Shown: positions 1-9,586 of the stretch, piece by piece
Position numbering within the stretch: the stretch's first letter is position 1
Layout of the letters: each line of letters starts with the position of its first letter
Assembly (NCBI GenBank): GCA_965223505.1
Contig: CBDCWP010000044.1
Span: 1 to 64,000 of the forward strand
DNA: 64,000 nucleotides
Origin: Planctomycetota bacterium
GTDB lineage: Bacteria > Planctomycetota > PLA2 > JAEUHO01
Direction: 5' to 3'
Position numbers and translations under genes: made by a program
The notes under the pieces: model-generated
What the model was told of the DNA's origin: nothing
Seen by the model: only the letters and a program-made list of their open reading frames with translations
The model's database searches: none

Positions 1-398
1 GCGCGGTGGTGCGGAACGCGGTGCACGGGTGCGTCGAAGCCGGCGTCCCGCAAACGGGACTCGATGTTGATCATGTTCCGCAGATACGAGCGCCGATCGG
101 GCAGCAGCGTGTCGGGCGGCTCCCGCAGATACGCCATCGACCGCGGGAGGCCGCGGAGCATGTGCAGCATCTTCGACATCCGCCCCATGCCCTTCGACCA
201 CGGGAAGGCAATGGCGTCGAGCTCGGTCGCGTCGATGCCCGCGTGCTCGAGCGCCGCGTGAATCGCCTCAGCCGGAAAGGCCGCGCTGTGCTTCTTGCGA
301 TCGAAGCGCTCCTGCGAAGCGGCGAAGACGACCTTCCCTCGGTGAAGGAGGACGGCCGCGGCGTCGTGTCCGAACGCATTGAGACCCAAGACGTACAC
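1..398 (-). CDS. Carbamoyltransferase (NodU/CmcH family), N-terminal part; runs off the window edge
   Basis: Not in the ORF track. Manual minus-strand translation from GTG at 398 gives (M)YVLGLNAFGHDAAAVLLHRGKVVFAASQERFDRKKHSAAFP...HRVPHH, matching the GxxxxxHDxAA / ERFxRxKH / HH signature. Confidence 0.85.
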   Translation of the reverse strand, partial: MYVLGLNAFGHDAAAVLLHRGKVVFAASQERFDRKKHSAAFPAEAIHAALEHAGIDATELDAIAFPWSKGMGRMSKMLHMLRGLPRSMAYLREPPDTLLPDRRSYLRNMINIESRLRDAGFDAPVHRVPHHR

Positions 399-613
399 AG
401 CCGTGAATGCTAGCCCGATCCATCCGGGGCGGGCCGGTCATGCCGCATCGAACTGCGGCTGCAGCATGCAGTTGCGAGCGCTCCCCTCGCCGCCGGCAGA
501 GCGCGAGCGCACTGTGCCTCCGCTCCGCTCGGACGCTGTTCGGCGCCGGTTTGTACAGGACGACCTCCCCAGCTTCACAGGGTGCTGGCGGGCCGGTATC
601 GTACGCGCCGCTC

Positions 614-1051
614 ATGCCTGAAGGTCTACCCGCCGCATTCCAGATCTGCATTCCGACGGATCTCGTATTCGTGCGGCCGGTGCGCAAGATGCTCGAGGCG
701 CTGCTCGCCGCGCAGGGCTGGGTCGAGGACGACGTCGAGGACGCGGCGCTCGTCATCACAGAGATCGTGCAGAACGCGATCGAGCACGGCTCGCGAAGCG
801 ACGGCTCGGAGTCCGTCGAGATCACCTGTCAGCTGACGAGCGACGCGCTGGAGATGGAAGTCGAAGACCCCGGCAGTGGGAAGGACCCGAGTGAAGCACT
901 GGATCGCGACGTGACGCAGCCCGTACCTCTCGATGCGACGCGGGGACGCGGCTTGTTCCTCATCGACAGGCTCTGCGGACAATTCGACCGCAGCCTGAAC
1001 AAACACGGCGGTATGCGGATTCGCGTACGACGGGAAGCAAGCGCCTCATGA
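614..1051 (+). CDS. RsbW/SpoIIAB-like anti-sigma factor kinase (HATPase_c_2)
   Basis: EIVQNAIEHG (N box), VEDPGSG (G1) and RGRGLFLI (G2) motifs. ATG at 614 preferred over 407. Confidence 0.85.
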   Translation: MPEGLPAAFQICIPTDLVFVRPVRKMLEALLAAQGWVEDDVEDAALVITEIVQNAIEHGSRSDGSESVEITCQLTSDALEMEVEDPGSGKDPSEALDRDVTQPVPLDATRGRGLFLIDRLCGQFDRSLNKHGGMRIRVRREASAS

Positions 1052-2358
1052 CGATGGCTACGAGTCAAACGGGCGATCGATCGCCGTGGGACATCATCAC
1101 CGGCGACGCGGAGCGCGACCGCCGCAACGTCGTCGTCCTGCTTTCGTTGGTCGAGGAGCTGTACAGCCAACGGGAGCTCGAAGACGTCACGCGCGCGGCG
1201 CTCGACGGGGCGATCGAGGTGACGGGCGCGCAGCGGGCCATCCTCCTTCTGCCGAACGAGAACGGCGAGCTCGCGCCTCACATGGCGCGCGACGCGCGCG
1301 GAACCGACCTGCCGCTCAACATCCGGTACAGCCGGTCCGTCGTCGAAAAGGTCTGGACGACGGGCAAGGCCGATCTCACCGTCGACGCGGAAGACCAGAG
1401 CGCGGCGTCGCTCGGACAGTCCATTCTCGATCTGCGGTTGCTTTCGATCATGGGCACGCCGCTGCCGGTCGAGGACCGCAACCTCGGCGTGCTCTACGTC
1501 GACAGCACCGTCCAGGTGAAGGAGTTCACGAAGGCCGACCGCACCGTGTTCCGGGTGCTCGGCGGACTCGTGGCGCTGGCGCTCGAGAGCGGACGATTGC
1601 GCGCCGAAGAGGTTGAGCAAGCGCGACTCAAGCGCGAGATGGCGGTCGCGCGGGACATTCAGCAACGGCTGTTCCCCGCGGACATCCCGAGCCCCGACGG
1701 GTTCGACCTGGCCGCGATCGGCAAGCCGTGCGACGAGACGAGCGGGGACTACTACGACGTCATTCCGATCATGGACGACAACCTCGCCATGATCGTCGGT
1801 GACGTCAGCGGGCACGGACTCGGTCCGGCGCTGTATATGGTGTCGACCCGCGCACTGCTCCACTCGCTGCTGCACACGCACCCCGGCCCGCGGCAGGTGA
1901 TCGAGAGCCTGAACGCGTTCCTCGAGCGGGACATGCCCGAGAACAGCTTCATGTCGCTCTTCCTCGGCGTCTTGGACCCGGCCGGGCGCAGCTTGACCTA
2001 CGTCAGCGCCGGTCACAATCCGCCGTTGCTCGTGCGTCGCGACGGCAGCGTGCACGAGCTCGGCCGCACGGGCCCCGTGCTCGGCATCCTCGACAGTGCG
2101 ACGTACCACGTGTCGGAACCGCTCGCGTTCGAGAACGGCGACGTCCTGATGCTCTACACGGACGGCATCTTCGAGGCGAAGGGCGACGAGGACGACATGT
2201 ACGGGGAAGAACGCCTGCGTGCCTCGCTGCAGCGCCACGCCGCCAACGGATCCGACGCGCGCCAGATTCTCGAATCCGTGCTGAACGATCTGTTCGCGTT
2301 CTGCGGTGACCACCCGCTCGACGACGACGTCACCGCGCTCGTGTTGCGGGTGGTGTAG
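1048..2358 (+). CDS. GAF + SpoIIE/PP2C phosphatase (RsbU-like)
   Basis: N-terminal GAF (SRSVV...LSIMGTPL...GVLYVD); SGDYYD, GDVSGHG, YTDGI and DDVT PP2C motifs. ATGA overlap with the upstream gene. Confidence 0.92.
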   Translation: MTMATSQTGDRSPWDIITGDAERDRRNVVVLLSLVEELYSQRELEDVTRAALDGAIEVTGAQRAILLLPNENGELAPHMARDARGTDLPLNIRYSRSVVEKVWTTGKADLTVDAEDQSAASLGQSILDLRLLSIMGTPLPVEDRNLGVLYVDSTVQVKEFTKADRTVFRVLGGLVALALESGRLRAEEVEQARLKREMAVARDIQQRLFPADIPSPDGFDLAAIGKPCDETSGDYYDVIPIMDDNLAMIVGDVSGHGLGPALYMVSTRALLHSLLHTHPGPRQVIESLNAFLERDMPENSFMSLFLGVLDPAGRSLTYVSAGHNPPLLVRRDGSVHELGRTGPVLGILDSATYHVSEPLAFENGDVLMLYTDGIFEAKGDEDDMYGEERLRASLQRHAANGSDARQILESVLNDLFAFCGDHPLDDDVTALVLRVV

Positions 2359-2507
2359 CGCACGGGAACGGGCACGGGATCGCGCCCCCGGGCCGGAGGT
2401 CGGAGGGGGGAGAAGCGGCCGGGAACCCACGGGCGCGCTCGCGCGTTCTTCCACCGACCCGATCCCGTCCCGCAAGGGTTCCCGCACCGATTGGTATCCT
2501 GCGCTCC

Positions 2508-4148
2508 ATGCCTGAAGCCCCGACAGCCTCCGCCGGCGCCGTGACCCCGCTCCGGGTGCGGGCCGTTTGCGCGCTCGTCCTCGTCCTCGGGCTCGTCGGC
2601 GCCGGTGCGTGCGGAGATCCCGACGACGTACCGGCGCCGGCGCCGCACCCGGATCCGACCATTGCGAACGGCGAGCGCGCCGCGCCGCCGCCCGGCCCGA
2701 AGATCGACGAGAAGTGGTTCGCCGCCCGGCCTCGTTTCACGCTCGTCTTCGTGGGCGCGCAGCTCGGCAAGCACAAGCCCTGCGGCTGCTCGGAGCCCCA
2801 GCTCGGCGGCGTCGAGCGCCTCGCCGCGCTGCTCGACGCGCTGCGCAAGCGGGCGCTCAACGGCGTCGCGCCGCTCGCACTCGGTTGGACGCTGGCCGGG
2901 AACATGGAACCCCAGGAAGAGTACAAGGCCGCTTTCATCCGCCAGGTGTACGAGGACCTCGGCTTCAGCGGTCTGTTGCTCGGCACGACCGACCTGCGCG
3001 TGCCGGCGATGTGCCAGTCGCAGGGCATGCAGGGCATTCAGTCGCCGCGACCGCCGATCGACGTGCGGCTTTCGCCGTCCGTCCTGGCATCCGACAAGCA
3101 ACCGCTCTTCGACTTCCAGGTCGACGGCGTCGACTTTCGCGCCTTCAGCCTCATCGGCCCCGAAGACGGTGAAGCGCTGAAGGCGGAAGGGCTCGCGCTC
3201 GACTCGATCACGACGAGCGCGGTGTTCCAGTTCCTGAAGCCGCGCAAGGAGCTGATCTGGATCGCTTCCACGCGCATCGTCGACGAGGCGCAGGTCAAGC
3301 TCGTGCGCACGTCGATGCAACGCCTCGGGCCCTCGATCATCGTCAACATGACCGATGGCCTGGGTGAGACGTCGCTCGACGGCATCGAGCTGCGGCCGGA
3401 CATGAATCCGCTGTTGCTCAACATGCAGGACAAGGGCAAGTCGGTCGGCGTGCTCGACTTCTTCAAGGACCCCGGCGAGACGCGCTGGAGCGTCAGCTAC
3501 CGGTCCGTCGCCCTCACACCGGCGCTCGAGGCCTGGGAGAGCAAGAGTCGCGCGCAGGTGAAGGAGGTCCTGGGCTGGTACGTGAGCGACGTGCGAACGG
3601 ATCGCGTCCTCGATCTGTTCACGTCACGGCCCGACGAGGGGGCGCGTTACGTCGGCTCGCACGCGTGCAGAGCGTGCCACGAGCAGATCTACAACGACTG
3701 GAACGAGACGCCGCACGGCCACGCCATGGGCACGCTGCGCGACAACGGCCCCGGCTATCACTGGGACCCGGAGTGCGTCCGATGCCACGTCGTCGGCTGG
3801 ATGCGCTTTCCGAACGACCGCTGGGCCCGCTGGGACAGCGGCTTCGCCAACGTCGAGACGACGCCGCTGCTCACGAACGTCGGCTGCGAGAACTGTCACG
3901 GGCCGGGATCCGCGCACGTCGCCAACCCGTACGCCGACAGGCTGTTCCGCCCCGCCGGAGAGGGGGCCCTCGAGGCTTGGCGCAGACGCTGCACCGACTG
4001 CCACGATCCCGACAACAGCGTTCGTTTCAACCAGGACTACGAGCGCTACTACTACCCGCGCGTGGACCACCGCAGCGTGCCGACGGACAAGCGCACCGTC
4101 GTGCCCAAGACCTGGAAGCCGAAGAAGCCGGACAAAGGACCGAAGTAG
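2508..4148 (+). CDS. Exported multiheme cytochrome c (c554-like, 4 CxxCH) with N-terminal PCGC domain
   Basis: CRACH, CVRCH, CENCH and CTDCH motifs; YVGSxxC start of the c554 domain; lipobox-like GAGAC; KPCGCS...GGVER N-terminal motif. Confidence 0.85.
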   Translation: MPEAPTASAGAVTPLRVRAVCALVLVLGLVGAGACGDPDDVPAPAPHPDPTIANGERAAPPPGPKIDEKWFAARPRFTLVFVGAQLGKHKPCGCSEPQLGGVERLAALLDALRKRALNGVAPLALGWTLAGNMEPQEEYKAAFIRQVYEDLGFSGLLLGTTDLRVPAMCQSQGMQGIQSPRPPIDVRLSPSVLASDKQPLFDFQVDGVDFRAFSLIGPEDGEALKAEGLALDSITTSAVFQFLKPRKELIWIASTRIVDEAQVKLVRTSMQRLGPSIIVNMTDGLGETSLDGIELRPDMNPLLLNMQDKGKSVGVLDFFKDPGETRWSVSYRSVALTPALEAWESKSRAQVKEVLGWYVSDVRTDRVLDLFTSRPDEGARYVGSHACRACHEQIYNDWNETPHGHAMGTLRDNGPGYHWDPECVRCHVVGWMRFPNDRWARWDSGFANVETTPLLTNVGCENCHGPGSAHVANPYADRLFRPAGEGALEAWRRRCTDCHDPDNSVRFNQDYERYYYPRVDHRSVPTDKRTVVPKTWKPKKPDKGPK

Positions 4149-4150
4149 CC

Positions 4151-5386
4151 GTGAGCGCCGACCAATCGAGTCACCGGAATCGCTGGATCGCCGTGCTGTC
4201 GACGGTGGGCTGCCTCGCCGTCATGGGCGTCGTCGCGTTCGCCGCGCTGCAGGAGCGCGAGAAGGAGGAGCCCGGCGCCGACATCGGCACGGTGCCGCAC
4301 GACCCGTTCGAGTTCGATCCCGCGGGCCGTCGGGCGCCCGATCGTCCCTTGATGGCCGGGTGCGGCTCGCCCGATCCGTCGAAGCCGCCGGGCATCTCGT
4401 TCGACCTGCCGGGCCGCCGCTTCGACTTCGGACGCGTCAAGCAGGACATTCGGCGGGTGGAGGAGGTCGAGTTCACGAACTCCGGGACCGGGTTGTTGTG
4501 CGTGATGCGCGTCGACACGACGTGCGGGTGTCTGAAGGTGGGACTCTCCGATCCGCGCAAGAAGAAGTTCGCGCCCGGTGAGAAGGGGCGGCTGAAGCTG
4601 ACCCTCGACACCAAGGGGCGCCAGGGGACGATCAAGAAGAACGTCTCGCTCGTGACCAACCTCATCGACGAGCCGATCCAGAGCTTCGGCGTCGAGTGCA
4701 AGATCGACCGGGGCATCATCGTCTCTCCGCAGGCCATCAACTTCGGGCGCCTGGCGCGCGGTACGACCGTCACCGAGAAGATCCTCGTGAAGAGCCCCAA
4801 GGAAGAGTCCGGTTGGAGCGTCACCGACGTGATCGGAACGCGGGAGATCTCTCCGGGCCAACGCGCGAAGTACACCTGGACCCTCGCGGAGAAGATGGAC
4901 CCGAACTACCGGGTCTTCGAACTCGCGATCGAACAGTCGGGCTTGACCAACGCGGGGCCCTTCCGCGACGAGTTGATCATCAAGCTCGACAGCCCCGATC
5001 GGCCGGAGGTCGCCATCACGGCCTACACGCAGGTCGTAGACCGGATCCTGGCGGTGCCGCGCCGAGTGAGCGTCGGGTACGTCCGCAGCGGCGCGCCGAC
5101 CTTGGGGACGCGCGTACGAGTCATTCCCGGCGGGGAGGGCGTCGAGTTCGAGCTCACCTCCGTCGCGATCGAGGCGCCGCCCGGCCGCAAGCCGTCGCCG
5201 AACGGCGAGGGCTTCGAGGCGACGTTCGGCTTCGATGAGAAGTCCTCCCACTGGTGGATCGACGTGAAGTACGACGGCACGAGTCGCCAACCGGGCATTC
5301 TCGAGGCGGTCCTGGTGATCAAGACGACCGAGCCGCAGACGCCGGAGCTTCGTGTTCCCGTTCGGGCGACCGTTCGCAAGCGCTGA
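4151..5386 (+). CDS. DUF1573 (Ig-like) domain protein
   Basis: FDFGRV...FTNSGTGLL...VDTTCGCL...APGEKG is the DUF1573 pattern. N-terminal TM helix; GTG start 2 nt after the upstream stop. Confidence 0.8.
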   Translation: MSADQSSHRNRWIAVLSTVGCLAVMGVVAFAALQEREKEEPGADIGTVPHDPFEFDPAGRRAPDRPLMAGCGSPDPSKPPGISFDLPGRRFDFGRVKQDIRRVEEVEFTNSGTGLLCVMRVDTTCGCLKVGLSDPRKKKFAPGEKGRLKLTLDTKGRQGTIKKNVSLVTNLIDEPIQSFGVECKIDRGIIVSPQAINFGRLARGTTVTEKILVKSPKEESGWSVTDVIGTREISPGQRAKYTWTLAEKMDPNYRVFELAIEQSGLTNAGPFRDELIIKLDSPDRPEVAITAYTQVVDRILAVPRRVSVGYVRSGAPTLGTRVRVIPGGEGVEFELTSVAIEAPPGRKPSPNGEGFEATFGFDEKSSHWWIDVKYDGTSRQPGILEAVLVIKTTEPQTPELRVPVRATVRKR

Positions 5387-5533
5387 CGCCGCCTCTACCC
5401 GCGCCCACGTGACAATCCGCTGACCCCGAAACGCCTACCAAACGGCACGGATCGGCCTCCCGAGGCGACTTTCCCTCCCCGCGATCCCCGAGTGGAGCGA
5501 CCATGAACCGATCCCGAGGGAGCGACCGGCGGC

Positions 5534-7360
5534 ATGTGCGGAATCATCGGATACACAGGGCACTCCCAGGCCTTCCCGATCCTCGTCCAGGGCATCCGTC
5601 TGCTCTCCTACCGCGGCTACGACTCGGCGGGGGTGTGCATCGGGCACAACGGCAGCCTGCAGGTGCAAAAGGACAAGGGCCGCATCGCGGACCTCGCCCC
5701 GCAGTGGAGCCGGCTCGATCTACGCGGCGTCACGGGCATCGGTCACACGCGCTGGGCGACCCACGGTGAACCGAGTCAGCTGAACGCCCACCCCCAGTCC
5801 GACGCGTCCGCGCAGATCGCGGTCGTCCACAACGGGATCATCGAGAACGACCTCGCCCTGCGCGACGAGCTCGTCGCCGAAGGCGTCGCGTTCGCGTCGG
5901 ACACCGACACCGAGGTCTTCGTGCATCTCTTCGACCGGGCGTTCGACGGTGACCCCGTCGCGGCGGCGAAGGTGTTGCTGGATCGCTGCCGCGGCGCGTT
6001 CTCGCTCGCGATCCAGCACCGCGCGCTCGGTGACAAGTTGGTCGCCGTGCGCCGCGGCTCGCCGCTCCTGATCGGCATCGGCGTCGGCGAGAACTTGATC
6101 GCCAGCGATCTGCGCGCGCTCGCCGGACGCGCCGACTACGTCGTTTCGCTCGGTGAAGACCAGATCGCCACCATCACGCCCGACGACGTGGCCCTCTTCG
6201 ACAGGGACGGCAAGCCCGTGGCGTTCGAGCCGCAGCCGCTCAGCGACACGGACTACGGGACCGGCAAGGACGGCTATCCGCACTTCATGCTCAAGGAGAT
6301 CTTCGAGCAGCCGGACCGGTTGTACGAGCTCATCGGTTCGCGCGTACACCTCCACGACGACGGCGTCCAACTCGCCGAGATCGCGTTCTCCGACGAGACG
6401 TGGCGCAGCATCCAGCGCGTCGACTTCCTCGGGTGCGGCACGGCGTTCCACGCGTGCCTGTTCGGCGCGTACGCAATCGAGGCGCTCGCCGGCATTCCGT
6501 CGCGCGCCGTCATGGCACACGAGTACGACGCGCGCAACCCGCGGCTCGACGAGAACGTCCTGGTCGTCGCCGTGTCGCAATCCGGCGAGACGGCCGACAC
6601 GCGCGTCGCCATCGAGCTGGCGGTCGAGCGCGGCGCGCGCACGCTGGGCGTCTTGAACATGCGCGAGAGCGTGATCGGGCGCACGGTCGAGGCCGTGCTC
6701 GACATGCACGCCGGTCTCGAGGTCGGCGTCGCCTCGACGAAGGCCTATACCGCGATGCTGTGCGCGACGCTCATCCTCGCGCTGCGCGCCGCGCAGGCCC
6801 GCGGCGTGACGGACCCCGTCCTGGACGAGCTGGGCCGCGGGCTGCACGGTCTTCCCGATGCCATTCGCGAGGTGCTCGCGTCCGGCGCGAAAGTGGGGGA
6901 GATCGCACGCGAGATCCACCGCGCCAACAACATGCTCTATCTCGGCCGCGGCGCGGATGCCGCAACGGCGCTCGAAGGGGCGCTGAAGATGAAGGAGATC
7001 TCCTACATCCACGCCGAGGGCTATCCCGCCGGCGAGATGAAGCATGGTCCCATCGCGCTGGTGTCGTGGGAGGTCCCGACCGTCGCCGTCGCGACGGACG
7101 GCCCCTGGCGCGATCGCATGATGGGAAACGTGCGTGAGGTGCGCGCGCGCGAGGGGCTCGTGATCCTGCTCGCCTCCGAAGGCGACGAGGACGCGCCCAA
7201 GATCGCCGACTTCGTCCTGTCGGTGCCGCGCGTCCACCCGTGGCTCGCCCCGATTCTGAATGCCGTGCCGCTGCAGCTCCTGGCGTACGAGACCGCCAAG
7301 CGCCGCGGCTGCGACATCGACCAACCCCGCAACCTGGCCAAGACGGTGACGGTCCAATGA
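5534..7360 (+). CDS. glmS: Glutamine--fructose-6-phosphate transaminase (isomerizing)
   Basis: MCGIIG start, YRGYDSAG, GHTRWATHG, SQSGETADT, and C-terminal PRNLAKTVTV. Confidence 0.98.
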   Translation: MCGIIGYTGHSQAFPILVQGIRLLSYRGYDSAGVCIGHNGSLQVQKDKGRIADLAPQWSRLDLRGVTGIGHTRWATHGEPSQLNAHPQSDASAQIAVVHNGIIENDLALRDELVAEGVAFASDTDTEVFVHLFDRAFDGDPVAAAKVLLDRCRGAFSLAIQHRALGDKLVAVRRGSPLLIGIGVGENLIASDLRALAGRADYVVSLGEDQIATITPDDVALFDRDGKPVAFEPQPLSDTDYGTGKDGYPHFMLKEIFEQPDRLYELIGSRVHLHDDGVQLAEIAFSDETWRSIQRVDFLGCGTAFHACLFGAYAIEALAGIPSRAVMAHEYDARNPRLDENVLVVAVSQSGETADTRVAIELAVERGARTLGVLNMRESVIGRTVEAVLDMHAGLEVGVASTKAYTAMLCATLILALRAAQARGVTDPVLDELGRGLHGLPDAIREVLASGAKVGEIAREIHRANNMLYLGRGADAATALEGALKMKEISYIHAEGYPAGEMKHGPIALVSWEVPTVAVATDGPWRDRMMGNVREVRAREGLVILLASEGDEDAPKIADFVLSVPRVHPWLAPILNAVPLQLLAYETAKRRGCDIDQPRNLAKTVTVQ

Positions 7361-9567
7361 CCCCTCGGACGCAACATGCAGTGACGGAGCTTCGTGTCCC
7401 GATGAGAAGGCAACTACAGTTCTCCACCCGACTTGTGTTGATCGTGTTGTGCGGCGCCGCAGCCGCCGGATGTCAGTCCGACCTGACCGATCGCATGCCG
7501 GCGGGCATCGATCCGCTCGGCATGCTGGATGCCCAGATTCCGGACATGCCGGTTCCGCAGCTGCCGCCCGATCAACCGATCGCCGACGCGCAGCCGCCGG
7601 TCGATCCCCTCGCCAAGCCGCCTTCCGCGGACGACGTTCCGGACCTGCTGCCGGGCGCGAGCGATCCGATCGCCGACGCGACGCCGCCGGCGGGCGACGA
7701 CGGTCTCGGCCTTCCGCCGACGGGTCTTCCGCCCACGGGCGTGTTCCCGGACGATCCGGGCACCGCGCCGAACGAGAAGCCCGTGGCGAAGCCGCCGGCG
7801 AACGTGCCTTCCGCGAGCGAACCGGTGATCGACGTCGATCCGGACCTGCCGACGACCGTCGAGAAGCCGCCCGTCGAGAAACCGACGATTCTCGACGTAC
7901 CGGACACCCGTCCGACGCGGCGCGTCTCACCGCTGGCCAATCGCATCCTCCCCGGTCGCGGCCCGTCGAGAACGGGTGGCGGCATGCCGCCGCCGCCGCC
8001 GCCGCCGAACTGGGACGAGAGCCGCGACCGCGCCATCAACCGCACCGATCCCACGCCGGAGCGCGAACCGGAGCCCACGCCCGTACCGCCGCCCGCCGAC
8101 ACCGAGCGCCCGTGGGAGACGACGCCGGTCACGCCGCCGCGCGGCGCCGGAGGCGACGCCGGCGAGCTTCTCCCCGGTCTCCCCGCCGCGGAGCCGGACA
8201 AACCGACGACCACGCCGCCGGCAGGCGGCGACCTGTTGCCCGGCCTGCCGCCGACGGCCGCCGAGGCCGCGTCGACCGCCCCCGGCGTCGCCGACGAGCC
8301 GGCGCCGCCCGCAGGCGACGAGCCGTTCGACCCGTGGTCGGACGGACCGAAGCAGCCCGTGAAGCCGCCGTCGGACGTGCCCGCTCCCAAGCAGCCGGAC
8401 GCCGGCGCGGGCGATCTCCCGCCCCCGGCCGACGAGCCCGCCGCGGACAAACCGTCGTCCGACGAGCCGTTCGATCCCTGGAACGACGGTGGCGCCGCCA
8501 AGGCCGAGCCGTCCATCGATCTGCCGGGCACGCCGGGCGCCAAGCCGCGGGTCGGGTTCGTCTCGAAGACCGCCAACGGTCGCGCCATGGAGCAGGCCAC
8601 GCGCCTGATGGACAAGCCCGGCGACCCGTCGATCGAGGGGTATCCCGCCGAGGTCATTCCGCACGCGGCGGCCGACGTGGCGCTCGCGAACGGCGACAAG
8701 CCGGCCGTTCTGTTGTTCCACGACGACGGATCCAAGGAGTCGGACCTCCTGGCGGCGGAGCTCCTGCCGATCCTCGTGGCCTACATCGGCAAGGTCGACT
8801 TCATCCCGCTCGACATGTCCGTCGGCGCCCGGCGAACCCCCGCCGAAGAGCGCATCGTCGCGGACCGGTTGGGGAGGGATCGCCTGGCGCCCGTCACCGT
8901 CGTGGTGGGGCGTGAGCGCTCCGAGCTGCTGATGGCGCGCTTCGGCCGCTTCGGCGCGGCCGACCTCGATCGCGCGTTGCTGCGCGCGACGAAGCGCGAC
9001 GCCCCCGTGCTGCCGCCGGAGGGCACGACGGGCTCGCCGGACGGCGACGCCGCTGCCGGCAGTCCCGACGGCGTGGCGGCGGGCACGCCCGACGGCGAAC
9101 CCGATCTGAGCGATCGCGACACCGGTTTCACGTTCACGGCCCCGGATGCGCTGGAGGCGAACACGCACGCGGAGAAGCTGCGCGCGTCACCCGGCAAGGC
9201 CGACCTGCCCGGCTACCCGACCAACCTGGTCGAGCGCGCGGCGCCCAAGACCGCGCTCGAGCCCGGACATCGTCCTGTCGTGATCGTCTTCTACGACAAC
9301 AGTTCACGCGCGTCCGACCTGCAGGCCGCGGACATCCTGCCCGTACTCGTCGACCACAAGGAGGAGATCGACGTCGTGCTCATCGACATGAACCGCACGG
9401 CGGAGCGCTCCGACGAGGAGCAGCGCGTCGTGAAGCCGTACTACCCGGGCAGCGTCCCGGCGACGGTGGTGCTGTCGGCCCGGCGCGCGCCGGTGAAGCT
9501 GTGGTTCCAGCGCACGTCGGGGAACGCGCTCGAAGCAGCCATCCTCGACGCGAGCCGCAAGCGCTAG
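7357..9567 (+). CDS. Pro/Asp-rich putative lipoprotein with two C-terminal thioredoxin-like domains
   Basis: Hydrophobic signal ending AAAGC, then a long Pro-rich linker and a duplicated domain (VLLFHDDGSKESDL..LLPIL / VIVFYDNSSRASDL..ILPVL). The start could instead be 7402. Confidence 0.65.
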   Translation: MTPRTQHAVTELRVPMRRQLQFSTRLVLIVLCGAAAAGCQSDLTDRMPAGIDPLGMLDAQIPDMPVPQLPPDQPIADAQPPVDPLAKPPSADDVPDLLPGASDPIADATPPAGDDGLGLPPTGLPPTGVFPDDPGTAPNEKPVAKPPANVPSASEPVIDVDPDLPTTVEKPPVEKPTILDVPDTRPTRRVSPLANRILPGRGPSRTGGGMPPPPPPPNWDESRDRAINRTDPTPEREPEPTPVPPPADTERPWETTPVTPPRGAGGDAGELLPGLPAAEPDKPTTTPPAGGDLLPGLPPTAAEAASTAPGVADEPAPPAGDEPFDPWSDGPKQPVKPPSDVPAPKQPDAGAGDLPPPADEPAADKPSSDEPFDPWNDGGAAKAEPSIDLPGTPGAKPRVGFVSKTANGRAMEQATRLMDKPGDPSIEGYPAEVIPHAAADVALANGDKPAVLLFHDDGSKESDLLAAELLPILVAYIGKVDFIPLDMSVGARRTPAEERIVADRLGRDRLAPVTVVVGRERSELLMARFGRFGAADLDRALLRATKRDAPVLPPEGTTGSPDGDAAAGSPDGVAAGTPDGEPDLSDRDTGFTFTAPDALEANTHAEKLRASPGKADLPGYPTNLVERAAPKTALEPGHRPVVIVFYDNSSRASDLQAADILPVLVDHKEEIDVVLIDMNRTAERSDEEQRVVKPYYPGSVPATVVLSARRAPVKLWFQRTSGNALEAAILDASRKR

Positions 9568-9586
9568 CGGCGCTGGTCTGGCGACC

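Noticed and set aside
6..413. Plus-strand 135-aa ORF
   Set aside because: It is the shadow of the minus-strand carbamoyltransferase.
5387..5533. glmS ribozyme upstream of glmS
   Set aside because: The conserved core (AGCGCC...GACGAGG) is not recognisable. An Rfam scan would settle it.
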